NCBI RefSeq assembly: GCF_963921235.1
Contig: NC_086097.1
Span: forward strand, 223,078,001-223,142,000
Source: Mobula hypostoma
Lineage: Eukaryota
DNA length: 64,000 nucleotides
Direction: 5' to 3'
Below are positions 1 to 13,321 of this stretch, in pieces (position 1 is the stretch's first letter; each line of letters opens with the position of its first letter). A program made the position numbers and the translations under genes. Under the pieces are notes generated by a model, which ran no database searches, was not told the DNA's origin, and saw nothing but the letters and a program-made list of their open reading frames with translations.

Positions 1-333
1 ATAAAGTTGACTCTAAAATTTCTTCATTTATTTGGCAGAACAAGAATCCGAGACTGGGTAAAATACATTTACAGAAAGCTAAGAGAGATGGAGGTTTAGC
101 ATTACCTAACTTTAGATTTTATTATTGGGCTATTAATATTCGACATATGAAATTTTGGTTACTTGACCGGGACATACTATTTATTCCTAAATGGGTAGCA
201 TTGGAATTACAATCTGTTCAGGGTTATACACTTGGTTCTATTTTAGGTTCCTCTCTTCCTTTTGATTCGAAACGTCTTAAGCAGGTCTCTAACCCGATAG
301 TTAAATATGCTTTGCGCATTTGGTTTCAATTCA
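1..333 (+). mobile_element. L1-clade LINE ORF2 fragment (region downstream of RT), cut by the window edge and by a CR1 fragment
   Basis: The frame from position 3 reads KVDSKISSFIWQNKNPRLGKIHLQKAKRDGGLALPNFRFYYWAINIR...NPIVKYALRIWFQF. FIW...GGLALPNFxxYYWA is the L1 ORF2 motif. Confidence 0.8.
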
Positions 334-600
334 AGATGAGGCCTCACCAGTGCCTTATAAAGCATCAGCAACACATCCCTGCTCTTGTGTTCTGGACCTC
401 TTGAAACTAATGCTAACATTGTATTTGCCTTCCTCACCACCGACTCTACCTGCAAGTTAACCTTTAGGGTGTTCTGCACAAGGACTCCCAAGTCCCTTTG
501 CACATCAGATTCTTGGATTTTCTCCCCATTTAGTAAATAGTCTGCATATTTATTTCTGCCAGCAAAGTGCATGACCATGCATTTTCCAATATTGTATTTG
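334..600 (-). mobile_element. CR1 LINE ORF2 C-terminal fragment
   Basis: ORF 243..578 contains QRDLGVLV...LYKALVRPHLE, a CR1 RT C-terminal motif. Confidence 0.8.
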
Positions 601-793
601 GCTTTAATAGATTATAATGAACAAGCACCTGTGGACTTAGCATTCACTCCCCTAAGTCATTGATTAGAACAGGCCAATCAATTTTCATTTATTGTTACCA
701 ATTATACCATTTGGCTTAATTTATAAGCACCATTTACTAAATTAAAAACACACTAAAAATGTGCAAAATGATTTTGTTTTTTGATGCCATCAA

Positions 794-810
794 GCCACTA
801 GAGGGAGCTA
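794..810 (+). promoter_or_regulatory. Candidate CTCF-binding site
   Basis: GCCACTAGAGGGAGCTA closely matches the CTCF core CCASYAGRKGGCRS (one mismatch) in otherwise AT-rich sequence. Motif match only. Confidence 0.35.
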
Positions 811-949
811 ATGACAATATAATACAATTCTTAAGTAAATGAATCTTGGAATTGGAATTGATTTACTATTGTCTCATGTACCATGCAAGATCCAGTGAAA
901 AACTTGTCTTGCATATTGTTCACACAGAACAAATACTAGGATAGATAGA

Positions 950-1480
950 GCATTAGCCAATTGGCAGGAAGCAAAGATTAGGAATAAAGGGAGCCTTTTC
1001 TGATTGGCTGCTGGAGACCAGTAGTGTTCTGCAGGGGTCAGTATTAGGACCGCTTCTTTGTATGTTGTATTTCAATGATTTTGATCACAGAATTGCCGTG
1101 TTTGTGGATAATACGAAGATAGGTGGAGGGGCAGGTAGTGTTGGGGAAGTAGGGAGGCTGCAGAAGGAGAATGGGCAACGAAGTGGCTGATGGAATACAG
1201 TACCAGGAAGTGTATGGTGATGCCCTTTGGTAGAAGGAATAAGAGCATAGACTGTTCTCTAAACAGAGATAAAATTCAAAAATCCGAGGTGCAAAGTCCT
1301 CCTGCAGGATTCCCAAAAGGTTAACTTGCAGACTGAGTTGGTGGTAAGGAAGGGAAATGGAATGTTAGCATTCATTTTGAGAGGACTAGAATATAAAATC
1401 AAGGATGTAATACTGAGGTTTTAAGGCATCTCACTTGGATATTGCCTAGATTGGAGCACTTTAGTTATGGGGAGAGACTG
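950..1480 (+). mobile_element. Degraded CR1 RT fragment
   Basis: Degenerate RKQRVGI / QGSVLGPLL / F(A)DDTKIGG coding remnants. Confidence 0.75.
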
Positions 1481-1699
1481 AATCAATGGAGTCATAGAAT
1501 CATATAGTCCTGAAATAGGCCCTTCAGCCCATCAGTCCATACTGACCAGCAAGCACCCATTAAGACTAACCCTACAATATCCCATTTTAATCTTGCACAT
1601 TTTCCACAACTATCCAATGTAAAGGAGATAAGTGGGCATGGGGAAGCCAATTTACAGAAAAATGTTTGGACACCTTTGTTTGAATAACCTGTAAGACCA

Positions 1700-4600
1700 A
1701 AAGACGATAAGACATAGGAACAGAATTAGGTCATTTGGTCCATCGAGTCTGTTCCACCACGGCTGATCCAATTTTCCTCTCAGCCCCAGTCTCTTGCCTT
1801 CTCCCCGTATCTTTTCATGCCCTGGCCAATCAAGAATCTATCAAGTTCTGCCTCAATTATACATGAAGACTTGGCCTCCACAGCTGCCTGCAGCCAAGAA
1901 TTCCACAGATTCACTACCCTCTGGCTGAAGAAATTCCTCCTCATTTCTGTTCTAAAAGGACGCCGCTCTATTGTGAGGCTGCATCCTCTGGTCTTGGACT
2001 CTCCTCTCCACATTGAAGGCCTTTCACCATCAATAGGTTTCAATTAGGTCACCCCTCATTCTTCTGAATTCTAGTGAATACAGGCCCAAATGCTCTTCAT
2101 ATGACAAGCCTGGAATCATTTTCATGAACATCCTTTGAAGTCTCTCCAGTTTCTGCACATCCTTTCTAAGATAAGAACTCCCAAACTGCTCTCAATACTC
2201 CAAGTGAGACCTCACCAGTGCTTTATGTAATTTCAAAATTACATCCTTCCCTTTGTATTCTAGTCCTCTTGAAATGAATGCTAACGTTGCGTTTGCATTC
2301 CTCGCCACAGACTCAACCTACAAACTAACCTTTAGCGAATCCTGCACAAGGACTTCCAAGACCCTTTGCAGCTCAGTTTTTTGTATTTTCTCTCCATTTA
2401 GAAAATATTCAATCCTTTTATTTCTTCCAGCAAAGTGCCTGACCATTCCCTTCCTGACACAATATTCTATCTGCAATTTCTTTACCCATTTTCCTCATCT
2501 GTCTAAGTCCTCTGTAGCGTCTCTACTTCCTCAAAACTACCTGCCCTTCCACCTATCCTCATGTCATCTGCAAACGTTGCAACAAAGCCATCAATTCCGT
2601 CATCCAAATCATTGACATATAACGTAAAAAGAATTGGTCCCAACACAGACCCCTGTGGAAAACCACTTCTCACCAGCAGCCAGCCAGAAAAGGCTCTCTT
2701 TGTTCTCTCACTTTGCCTCCTGCCAATCAGCCACTGCCCTATCTATGCTAGAATCTTTCCAGTAATACCATGGGCTCGTAGCTTGCTCAGCAGCCTCATG
2801 TGTGGCACCATGTCAAGGGCCTTCTGAAAATCCAAGTACATAACGTCAACCAATTCTCCTTTGCTTGTTACTTCCGTAAAGAATTTCAACAGATTAGTCA
2901 GGCAAGATTTTTCCTTGAGGAAGCCAAGCTGAAGCTGACTACAGCCGATTTTATCACGTGCCACCAAATATCCTGAGACCTCATCCCAATCGACTCCAAC
3001 ATCTTCCCAATCACTCTGGAGTGTACACCATCTAGTCCAGATGACCTATCTACCTTCAGACCTTTCAGCTTCCCAAGAACCTTTGCTTTAGTTATGGTAA
3101 CTTAACACACGTTATGCCCCCTGACACCTGGAACTTCCACCATACTGCTAGTGACTTCCACAGAGAAGACTGATGCAAAATACTTATTTAGTTCATCCAT
3201 TATTTTGTTGTCTCCAATGACTACCTCTCCAGTACTGTATTGTTTTCCAGTGGTCCAATATCCATTCTCGCCTTTCTTGCCTCTCTTTTACACTTTATGT
3301 ATCTGAAGATACCTTTGATATCCCTTTTATATTATTGGCTAGCTTAGTTTCATATTCCATCTTTATGTTCCTTATGACTTTTTAGTTGCTTTCTGTTGGT
3401 CTTTAACAGCTTCCCAGTCCTCTAACTTCCCACTAATTTTGTTCTATTTTCTGCCCTCTCTTTCCCTTTCATGTTGTCTTTAACTTCTCTTATTAGCCAA
3501 GGTTCTGTCATCTTTCCTTTAGGATATTTCTTCCTTTTTGGGATGCACACATCCTACTCCTTCTGAATTGCTTCCAGAAATTCCAGCAATGCTCCTCTGC
3601 TGTCAACCCTGTCAGTGTTCTTCTCCAATCAATTCTAGCCAACTCCTCTCTCATGCCTCTGTAATTCCCTTTACTCCACTGTAATACTGATACATCTGAC
3701 CTTAGCTTCTCCTTCGCAAATTTCAGGGTGAATTCGATCATATTATGATCACTTTCTCCTAAGGGTTCTTTTACCTTAAGTTCTCTAATTAATTCCAGTT
3801 CATTGTACAACACCAAATCCAGAATAGCTGATCCTTTAGTGGGCTCAATCACAAGCTGCTCTAAAAAGCTATCTCCTAAGCATTCTAAAAATTTTCTCTC
3901 CTGGAATCCAGCACCAACCTGATTTTCCCAACCTACCTGCATATTGAAATCCCCCATGACTATTGTAACATTGCCTTTTACCTGCACTTTTTATCTCCCA
4001 TTGTAACTTGTAGACCACATCCTTACTACCGTTTGGGGGTCTGTATACAACTCCCATCAGGGTCTTTTTCACTTGCAGCTCCTTAGCAATGATTAGCAAT
4101 GATTCAACACCTTCCGACTTATATCATCTCTTTCTAAAGATATGAATTCATTTTTTTAACCAACAGAGCAACACCACCCCCTCTGCCTTCCTGCCTGTCC
4201 TTTCAATACAATGTGTATACTTGGACATTAAGCTCCCAGCTAAAATCTTCTTTCAACATGCCAATCTACAACTGTGCTACCTTATTTTGTAAACTGCGTG
4301 CATTCAAATTTTTGTCTGTTGACTGCAATTTTGCCCTACCTACAGCCTCTCCTCGCTACACATTGCCTCTGTTTGTAGACCAGCTGCCTCATCTTCAGCA
4401 CTATCATCTGCCTTTCCTGCGATATTTCTTGCATTGAAATACACACGGCTGAGGACACTAGTCACACCATCCTCAAATTTTTGATTCCTAACTTTGTCCG
4501 AGGTCTTGCCAACATCAGCCTCCACAATCTCTCCACTCACTGTTCTGGCATTCTGGTTCCCATCCCCCTACAACACTAGTTTAAACCCCACCGTGTAGCA

Positions 4601-5780
4601 TTAACAAACTCTCCTGCTAGGATATTAGACACCTCCAGTTCAAGTGCAAACTAGCCTTTCTGTACAGATCCTACCTTTCTTGTAAGAGAACCGAATGATC
4701 CAAACATCTTCTGCGCTCTCTCCTACTCCAACTCTTAAGCTATATATTAAACTGTATAATCTTCCTAGTTCTGGCCTCACTAGCATGTGGCATGAGTAGC
4801 AATCCTAAGATTACAACCATGGAAGTCCTGCCCTTTAACTTAGCATTTGACTTCCGGAACTCCCTATGCAGAACCTCATCAGTTGTCCTACCCATGTCAT
4901 TGATACCTACGTGGACCACGACTTCTATCTAATCACCCTCCCACCTAAGAATGATGAGGACTTGATCCGAGGTGTCCCAGACCCTGGCATCCAGGAGGCA
5001 ACATACTATCAGGGAATTTCATTCTCACCCACAGAACCTCCTGTCCATTCCCCTGACTAACCAATTCCCTATCACCACAACATGCCTTTTCTACCTCCTT
5101 CATTTCTGAGTCACAGAGCCAGACTCAGTGCCGGAGACCTCGCTGTGTCATCCCTCTGTTAGATCAACCCCCCCCCCCCAACAGTATCCAAAGTGATATA
5201 CCTGTTGTTGAGAGGAATGATCATAGGGGTACTGTGTATTGGCTCCTTAACCGCTTTCCCCTTCCTGACTGACACCCAGGTTCCTGTACTTTGGGTGTAA
5301 CTACCTCTCTATACGTCCTATCTTTCACCCCTTCAGCTTCCCGAATGATCCAAAATTCATCCATTTCCAGCTCCAACTCCTAAACGCGGATTGTCAGAAG
5401 CTACAGCTGGATGCACCACATAGTTGTAGTCATCAGGGACACTGGAAGTCTCCCTGCCTTCCCACATCTCAAAAGAGGAGCATTCCACTATCCTGCCCGG
5501 CATCTCTACTGTCCTAACTGAGCAGATATAAAGAAGGGAAGGAAAAAAAAACTTTGGCTAGAGCATTTCTATTTTTGCTTTCTCTGATGAAGTCTCTCTT
5601 CACTGAAGCCTCAAAGAGATAAAGCTTCAAGATCACCACTCTGACTGTCCACTCAGATGATGGCCACTGTGCTTGTCCCCGCCTTCCTTTAATTTGCTCT
5701 TGCTAACCAATCTTAAATGCAGATTGGTCACTGGTCAAAGCTCAGTTGTGCCGCAGTGACCCACTGCTCCCTCTTTTCAC
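1700..5780 (-). mobile_element. Near full-length decayed CR1 (HER1-like) LINE: ORF1 with SGNH esterase remnant, endonuclease, RT and 3' tail
   Basis: Minus-strand remnants include VVVHVGINDMGR (about 4885-4922, ORF1 esterase), YFNARNI, GVVYRPPN, MGDFN/SDHNMIEF (endonuclease), KSCLTNL/YLDFQKA (RT) and RRNFFSQRVVNLWN. Many frameshifts. Confidence 0.85.
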
Positions 5781-6533
5781 CAAGGATGCCTTCCACTTTA
5801 TTCTGTGACAATTCTACGTTACCAAATAGAATGGATTCAGAACAAAGCCAGTAGCTCAAATATAAGGCATTGTGCGTCATCATCTACAACTGCATTATAA
5901 TCGCTATTGACAGCTTCATATATGTAAATAGTCCTCACTTTCTTTAGTGAAAAGGAGAGAAACCACCATTTGTCTACTCTGGACTTTTCCATTTGCCATT
6001 GGTGATGAACTCCGTTTTGTTGTTGGACTCGACCCAATCCAATGAAATATAATAAAAGTATGGTCATTAAAGCAAAGAAGGAATACAGTGACATTCAGAA
6101 TGGCAGTTCACCATCACCTTAATGGCAGTTAGGAAACGGTAAAAAATTTTAGCCTTGCCAGCAATGTCCATGGACCAACATAAACAAAAAACAAAATGAA
6201 ACTATAAATGTGCACTTTAATTGTCTTTTCTCCATTTATTTTGATTATTTAATAGATATGGAAAACTATTTGTTAAAGTAATATTTTCTAATAAATTGTC
6301 CAAACATAATCTTGAATATTCAACCAAATCAGCTTTTAGTTCGAGGGTTTTTGAAAATAATTGTTACTCCTTGTGCAAAATTATTGATGTTACTTGTACA
6401 AGTCATAACTCTAATTTTGACTATTCATCTTTGTTCTAGATCTTTTCACCAGAAGAAATGGCTTCTCTGAATATACTATATAGGATACTCCCCACACCAA
6501 ATACCCCCCACCCCACCAACTACTGCCTATCCA

Positions 6534-6534
<1 letters not shown>

Positions 6535-6569
<35 letters not shown>

Positions 6570-6582
6570 ACACACACACACA
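6535..6582. repeat. (CA)n microsatellite with one interruption
   Basis: Directly visible. Confidence 0.95.
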
Positions 6583-7269
6583 TAATTTTAAAAGGCCTTG
6601 ACTAGGTACATCATTTCTACAGTTTCTATGGACTTTTCTATGGTTTCTATGGACTAGGCAGAAAATGGTTTGGCACAGCCAAGAAGGGCCAAAAGGCCTG
6701 TAGTTTTCTATGGTTTCTATCACCCCCTCAACTCTATAGACAGGAGAGTCTCACGTCAGTGGTAGGGAAGTTATTGGTGAGAATTCTAGGGATAGGATTT
6801 ATGAGGATTTTCAAATCCTCGTCACTTAAATTCATGTACTGTCAGACATAATAGCAACAAAAACGTACTAACGACAACTCTCAAAAAGAAAAATTATCTT
6901 TATGTCTATATCTAAAGGTGCAGACTTCTCAGTCTTATTTGCATGAATCAGAACTCTGCCATCCAAAGTAATGACAGATAGAAAATTAAAGTAAGATGCA
7001 AGGTTTTGCGTGCTCAGTTTTCTCTATTGTCACTGGTGCTTAGGAATTCACACACTGAATTTCACAAAGAATGTTACCAGATGTTTCTGCAAGGAACAAG
7101 TGCCACATGCTGCATTTTTTAAAAATGTCATCAGTATTCATTTGTAATTGAGCCCCCACTCAAGAAGCTAGGACTGAATACTCAAACTAAAAGATGCTGA
7201 TTAAGTAACATTTATAACTCCAGTTACTTTTGTCCAAATTACCATTATTAAGACTGGAGTTGAAATTGA

Positions 7270-7650
7270 AACTGATTAAGTTTCAAAAGAGGATGAGAGG
7301 TGACCTGATAGAGGTGTATAAGATGATGAGAGGCACTGATCGTGTGGATAGTCAGAGGCTTTTTCCCAGGGCTGAAATGGCTAGCACGAGAGAACACAGT
7401 TTTAAGGTGCTTGGAAATAGGTACAGAGGAGATGTCAGTGGTAAGTTTTTTTACGCAGACAGTGGTGAGTGCATGGAATGGGCTGCCGGCGGTGTGGTAG
7501 AGGCGGTAACGATAGGGTCTTTTAAGACACACCTGGATAGGTACATAGAGCTTAAAAAAATAGAGGGCTGAGGTAAGGACATGTTTGGAACAGCTTTGTG
7601 GGATGAAGGGCCTGTATCGTGCCATAGGTTTTCTATGTTTCTATGTTTCA
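7270..7650 (+). mobile_element. 5'-truncated CR1 3' end
   Basis: RMRGDLIEVYKMMRG.DRVD...LFP motif, ending in the TTTCTATG repeat tail. Confidence 0.8.
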
Positions 7651-8562
7651 AGATGTTTATTCTTCACAATGTAAGGATGACTGATGAATGCTCCTTTAAT
7701 GGAACTAATTAACTGAGCCAAGATAAGAAAATTAAGACAAGAATTTATTATCATAAAATGTTAGAGCAGATTTTTTCCCTACCTTGTGCTTGCATGCATT
7801 AATATCTGAGCAACCGGTTTTCACTTCTCACGTATTTACAATCATAGAATCTCAAAAATACCTACTTCTCTATATGGTTCAGTTTATATGTTACCATGTT
7901 CGAAGGATAACAAGACCAATGCCAGATGACCATACCACATGTATGATGTCATTAGTTCACACTATATTATCTGCCAGTAACCGTCAAGTGCTGAATTTGT
8001 TTTGTGTGGCCAAGAAACAGACATAATGAGGCAAATGCTTCCACCAGATTTGAGTGTAAAGTAGAATTCCAAATGCATTTCCAGGATTGCAATACCTTTT
8101 AGTATAATTCAGTCCCTGTATTCAGTTTTTAATGAATGAAAACACTAGCCAGTTGCAACAACTGCAGCAAAATCCTCAAAAAAGCAGCAAGACTATGTGT
8201 TTAAGAAACTTGAAAACTAGAAAAGCTGTATCTGATGTTACTGGCAGCTGAAATACCATGTGCTGCACCTCATATTAGAACATTTCTAACAAAAACAAGC
8301 ATTTTTCCCCTTTTCAAGTTCCCTGCTATTTTTCCCACTCCTTGTAATAAGCTACAATCACAAATGCTATTTATATGCCAGTAACGTTAAAGCCCCTCAC
8401 AGTACATTACTCATTGGTATAGCTTTGCAGTCCTTCAGCTGCATTATAAACATTTATTAAAGAAAAAAATTACCTCATCCGAAGTCTTGCCAAAAAATTC
8501 TGTTTCCTTATTGGGCTCATCCTCCAAAACAAGAAACTTTTAAAGCATCTAGTATTTGAATT

Positions 8563-8750
8563 TTATTTCAAGGTCCAATTCAACGTCAGAGAAATGTATA
8601 CAATATACATCCTGAAATGCTTTTTCTCCGCAAAACATCCACGAAAACAGAGAAGTGCCCCAAAGAATGAACGACAGATAAACATGAGAACACCAAAGTC
8701 TCCCCCGCCCCCCAGCTCCCCCCTCCTGTGTGTAAGCGGCAGCAAGGCAA
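8563..8750 (-). mobile_element. Short non-autonomous retroposon 3' end (family unassigned)
   Basis: GC-richer insert in AT-rich DNA with a tail resembling other retroposon tails in this window. Confidence 0.35.
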
Positions 8751-9181
8751 CCTTACAATTTCAGTGGGCCTACTCGGTTATACCCTGTCTTCAACCTCTG
8801 ATTACCTAGTCTCAAATAAACCCTTCACACTTGCCTAAACTTTAATCTGATACCTACCTCCCTTTCTTTAATCTATCATTTACATCCATACCCAAGGTTT
8901 CCAACTCCTCATTTTTAATAATTTTAATTTGTCCAGTTTCATCTCCTATATTCCATAGAATGTAGGTCAAAGCACAGGAATAGTCCCTTCAGCCTATGAT
9001 GTCAATTTCAAACACATCTAATCTGTCTGCACATGGACTGTATCCCTCCATTTCCTATCTGTTCAAGTGCTGCTTAAATTTCCTTTTATGCATTGCTTTC
9101 TTATCTGCTTCCACCAGTTTCCCTGAAAGCATAATCTGGGCATCTATCACTCACTATGCAAAAGAAGCTTGCCTTAGAACT

Positions 9182-9428
9182 TGTTATCTTTTGTAACTCC
9201 AAAGCATAAAACAAATCAAAAGAAATACATGGAGCTAAGAATAAAGTGTCTTAGTTTCGTTCTATACTCTAACGAGGCATGGACATATGACGAGGTGGTG
9301 TAATAACGTATGCCATTTACATACTTTTACATATACCTGTAATGAATTATTTAAACAAACAAAATGCTTAATCAAATAATATATTTACAATATTACTCAA
9401 ATATTACTTAAATATTAAATACACAACA
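9182..9428 (-). repeat. 3' LTR of the Gypsy element
   Basis: TGTT...AACA inverted termini (9182 tgttat..., ...acacaaca 9428) just after the pol end. Confidence 0.6.
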
Positions 9429-11790
9429 ATCTACAGCATAGTAAATTTTAAATTGCCCCATTAAGGCCTAAAGATTTAAGCACTGTGGAGGTTTTCGTAA
9501 TCTTGTGGGATAATGTGTTGGCAGGGGATGTTCACTGAACCTGACATGAGAGACTTGTGGCTGTGAAACGATCTCAGGCTCTGGGGCCTCTTCGTGGTGG
9601 TTGTAGGAGTTGACTCTAGGAATGCAGGAAGTGGTTTTGACAGCTCTGGACGCCTTTCTTCTATATTATTCAAGATGCTCTTGGCATTTCCAACTCTTCA
9701 TTTGTTGGCATTCTGTACAGTGCACAGCAAGCCCTCGATCAGCTGATCTATCCTGGTCACCAGACAAAGGTTTGAGCCAATGCCTTTATTTTGACCATGA
9801 CTAGATGACCAACATGTGCCTCCTCCAACACTTACCTTTCAGCTTGAAAGGTACAACTCTCAATCTCCACGAACCGCAACCCCCATCAAGGGCAAGTTCA
9901 TCCCAGCACTAGTAAAAATGGGGGAACGTGCGTTTCTGCTGCACATTCCAACCATTTTAGGTGACTATGCATTCATGAGAGGGTGTGGAGACTTTTCTGT
10001 TTCCCTTTAGATCACCTCTAACATAATAGGAAGACCCTTGATTAAGGAAAATAAGTCAACAGGAGCATCCTCTTCTGTAAAATTTTCAGATATTTCCTTT
10101 TCCAAAGGTAAACAGGACAACCCATCAGCATTTCCATGATTAGTAATCCTCTTGAATTCAGTCTTATGTCCTCCAAGAAACAGAGCTCATCTCCACCATT
10201 TGTGCTGCTGCTGTTAGTGGAAGACCCTTCTTTGGATAGAAAATGGACACCAGTGATTGATGGTCAATAACGAGGGTAAACTGCCTCCCATACAAGTAGT
10301 GGTTGAAATGTTTTACACCCCAAACCAGACTCAAGGTCTTTCTGTCAATCTGTGCGTAATTTTTCCCTGCAGCAGTAAAGGAAGGTGATGCAAAGGCTAT
10401 GGGACGTTCAATACCATCACTCATAACATGTGACATGATTGCACCTATACCATATGATGAGGCATCACTGGACGATGTGGATCATAATGTGCGACTACAG
10501 CATCTGACACCACCATTTCCTTTACCTTTTTGAAAACCACCTCACACTGCTTTGTCCATTGCTGTTTCTTCCCTAGTTGTAGTAATCAGTTCAGTGGGTG
10601 GGGTACAGTAGCCAGGTTTGGCAGGAACCTGTTATGATAACTGGCAAATCATGAAAGGCACTACAACTGTGACATGTCCTTTAGCCCTGGACCATACACC
10701 ACTGCTTGAATTTACTCAGCACACTTGTGAAATATTTTTCTGTCAATGGTGTGACCACAGTAAGTGACGTTCGGTTTAAAGAATTTATACTTGTTGTGTC
10801 ATGCTCTGAGCCCATAACCTTTAAATCTTTTTAACACTGTCTTGAGATTTTGGAGATGTTCCTTGTCATCCTCACCAGTAACAATGATGTCATCCAGGTA
10901 ACACTGAGAGCCTGGGCACCTTTGCAGCACCTGGCCCACAGCTTTCCGCTAGAATGCAGGTGCAGATGTTAGTCCAAAAATAAGCCTATTACAGTGAGAA
11001 ACACTTTGGACTTTTCTTCCAAGTCCACTTTGCTGAAGTGCTTCCCTCAAGTAAGCCCAATGCAGCTTGTTGGTTGTATTTCACTGTTACAAATGCCATT
11101 CCCTCAGGAGTCATCTTTTCTCCAGTATAAGTTCTTAGTCCAATACCTGTAGGCTTCAGTTCAGTATCTTTGAAATGCTACTCAATCTAATTTTGAGCCA
11201 GTGTTTAATTCAATTTTAATTAATCTGCCTTTCACTTCTGGTGTAAACCATATTGCTTACCTATTGTTAATTTTCACATTGTAAATCTTCAGGCTACTCA
11301 GTCCCGTGTCACTCTCATCATTATCAGATTTTTCATCAACAGTACGTAGATTAATGCTCCTTTTGAAAATGCAATTTGATTTTTTTCCCTCTTCCTTGTG
11401 CAGTCCATTTATTTTTGTCTGCTGGGCATGCTCTTTGTATGTGTCCTAATCTGTTGCATTTTCTGCAAGTTTCACCTTTAAATCTGCATTGCTGTGGTGT
11501 ATGTGAGCCCCTGCTACAACAGTAACACAATTTGTTCAGCCAGATAGGTTTTTGTTCAGATATCACAATTTTGTTCACGCTCACTTTCATTCATGGCTAC
11601 AACTTCCTTGTGTCTCTGACTGAGGTTTCCATTGATACAGCAATTTCAACTACTCTTCTAAATGTGAGTTGTGCTTTAGTTAGGAGCCATTTCTGACTGC
11701 TTTCTTGAAAGATTCCATGAACTAAACAACCACTTAGTGCATCAGTAAGTCCATTATTGAACTGACAATGCTCAATCTCTTCAATTCAGC
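9182..11790 (-). mobile_element. Deleted Gypsy/Ty3 LTR retrotransposon (gag zinc knuckles, RT, RNase H, pol end, 3' LTR)
   Basis: gag CYCCSRGSH..CRFKGETCRKCNRLGHIQRAC (11351..11590); RT QCYLDDIIVTG (YLDD 10889-10900); RNase H ERPIAFAS..NYAQID..YLYGRQFTLVIDH (10164..10436); pol end RKPPQCLNL*. Confidence 0.85.
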
Positions 11791-11794
11791 CAAA

Positions 11795-13035
11795 CGCTCC
11801 TCATACATTAATCCTTTCATTCCAAGGACCATTCTTGTGAGCCTCCTCTGAACACTCCCCCATGCCAACACATCCTTCTTAGAGAAGAGGCACAAAACTG
11901 CTCACATACTTCAAGTGAGGTCCTCTCACAATAAATGTCAACATTGCATTTGCCTTCCTTACCACTGATTCAAACTGCAAATTAACCTTCAGGGAATCCT
12001 GCACAAGGACTCCCAGGTCCCTTTGCACCTCTGATTTCTGAATTTGTTTCCCAGACTACACCTTTATTCTTTCTACAAAAATGCATGACCATACTCTTCC
12101 CTGCACTATATTTCATCTGCCACTTCTTTGGCCATTCTCACAATCTGTCTGAGTCCTTCTGCAGACTCCCTGCTTTCTCAATGTTAGCTGCTCCACTTCC
12201 TATTTTTGTATCATCTGAAAACCTGGCCACAAAATCACTAATTCGATCTTTCAAATCATCAGCATAATAATGTGAAAAGAACTGGTCCCAACACCAACCC
12301 CTGTGGAACACCACTAGTCATTGGCAGCCAACAAGAATGGCTCCCAATCATGCCCATTTGCCTCCTGTCAATCTTATATCCATGCTAGTATTTTTTCTGT
12401 AACATTTTGTTAAGCAGCCTCATATGTGACACCTTGTGAAAGGCCTAAAAATCTAAGTAAACAATGTCCACTGACTCTCCTTTGTCTATCCTGCCTGTTA
12501 CCTCCTCAAATAATTCCAACAGATTTGTCAGGCAAGATTTCCTCTTCAGGAAACCATGCTGACTTTGGCCTCTTTTACAATGTGCCTCTATCTCAAAACC
12601 TCATCCTTAGTAATGGGCTCCAACATCTTGCCAATCACTGAAGTCAGGCTAACTAGATTTTCCTTCTTCTGCCTCCCTTCCTCCCTTCATTTGCAATTTT
12701 CCAGTCTTCCAGAACGATTCCAGCATCATTGATTCTTGAAAGATTATTACTAACGCCTCCACAATCTCGTCAGCTACCTCTTTCAGAACCCTGGGGTGTA
12801 GTCCATCCGGTCCAGTGACTAATCTACTTTCAGACCTTTCAGCTTCCCAAGCACCTTTTCCTTAGTAATAGAAACTATACTTTCTTCTGCCCCCTAACAC
12901 TACCAAATTTCTGGCATAACGCTGGTGTCTACCACAGTGAAAACTGACGCAAAATACTTAGTGAGTTCATCCTCTTGCCTCTCTTTTACTTTTTATGTAT
13001 CTGAAAAAAACTTTTGGTATCTTCTTTTATATTAT
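11795..13035 (-). mobile_element. Degraded CR1 ORF2 fragment
   Basis: High similarity to the RT region of the 1700-5780 element, e.g. CCCTGTGGAACACCACTAGT and GTCAGGCAAGATTT. Confidence 0.8.
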
Positions 13036-13044
13036 TTCATATAC

Positions 13045-13320
13045 ATGTAGCTTCACATTGTGTTAGGAAGTCCAACACCCAATTGCATAGTGGTATATTT
13101 AGACCAAAGAGTAGGAGTTTGTTCTCCAGGATCTGTGGGAAAATAATGTTGACTACTGAACTGAAATCCAGGAATAACCATTCTAACATAAGTGTCCATG
13201 TTTTCTAGGTGTGCCAAGGCCAGATGCATAACAGAAGCTATGGCATTTGTCATGGAGCGGTCTGTCAGTAAGCATATTGATGGGTGTCCAGTGTGGCAGG
13301 AATGGTGTTTTTGATGTGTT
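13045..13320 (-). mobile_element. Rex-Babar-type LINE RT fragment
   Basis: ORF 13053..13253 [22 protein letters not shown] resembles the Rex1-type RT motif AIxxxLHxxLxHLExxxxYVRMLFxDFSSAFN. Confidence 0.65.
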
Positions 13321-13321
13321 C

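Noticed and set aside
5837..6094. 85-aa minus-strand ORF in unique sequence
   Set aside because: No recognisable homology or clear splice sites.
6898..6955. Exon-like segment (VLIHANKTEKSAPLDIDIK) as part of a C8orf89-like gene
   Set aside because: The would-be donor is AT rather than GT, and the resemblance is too short to distinguish from chance.
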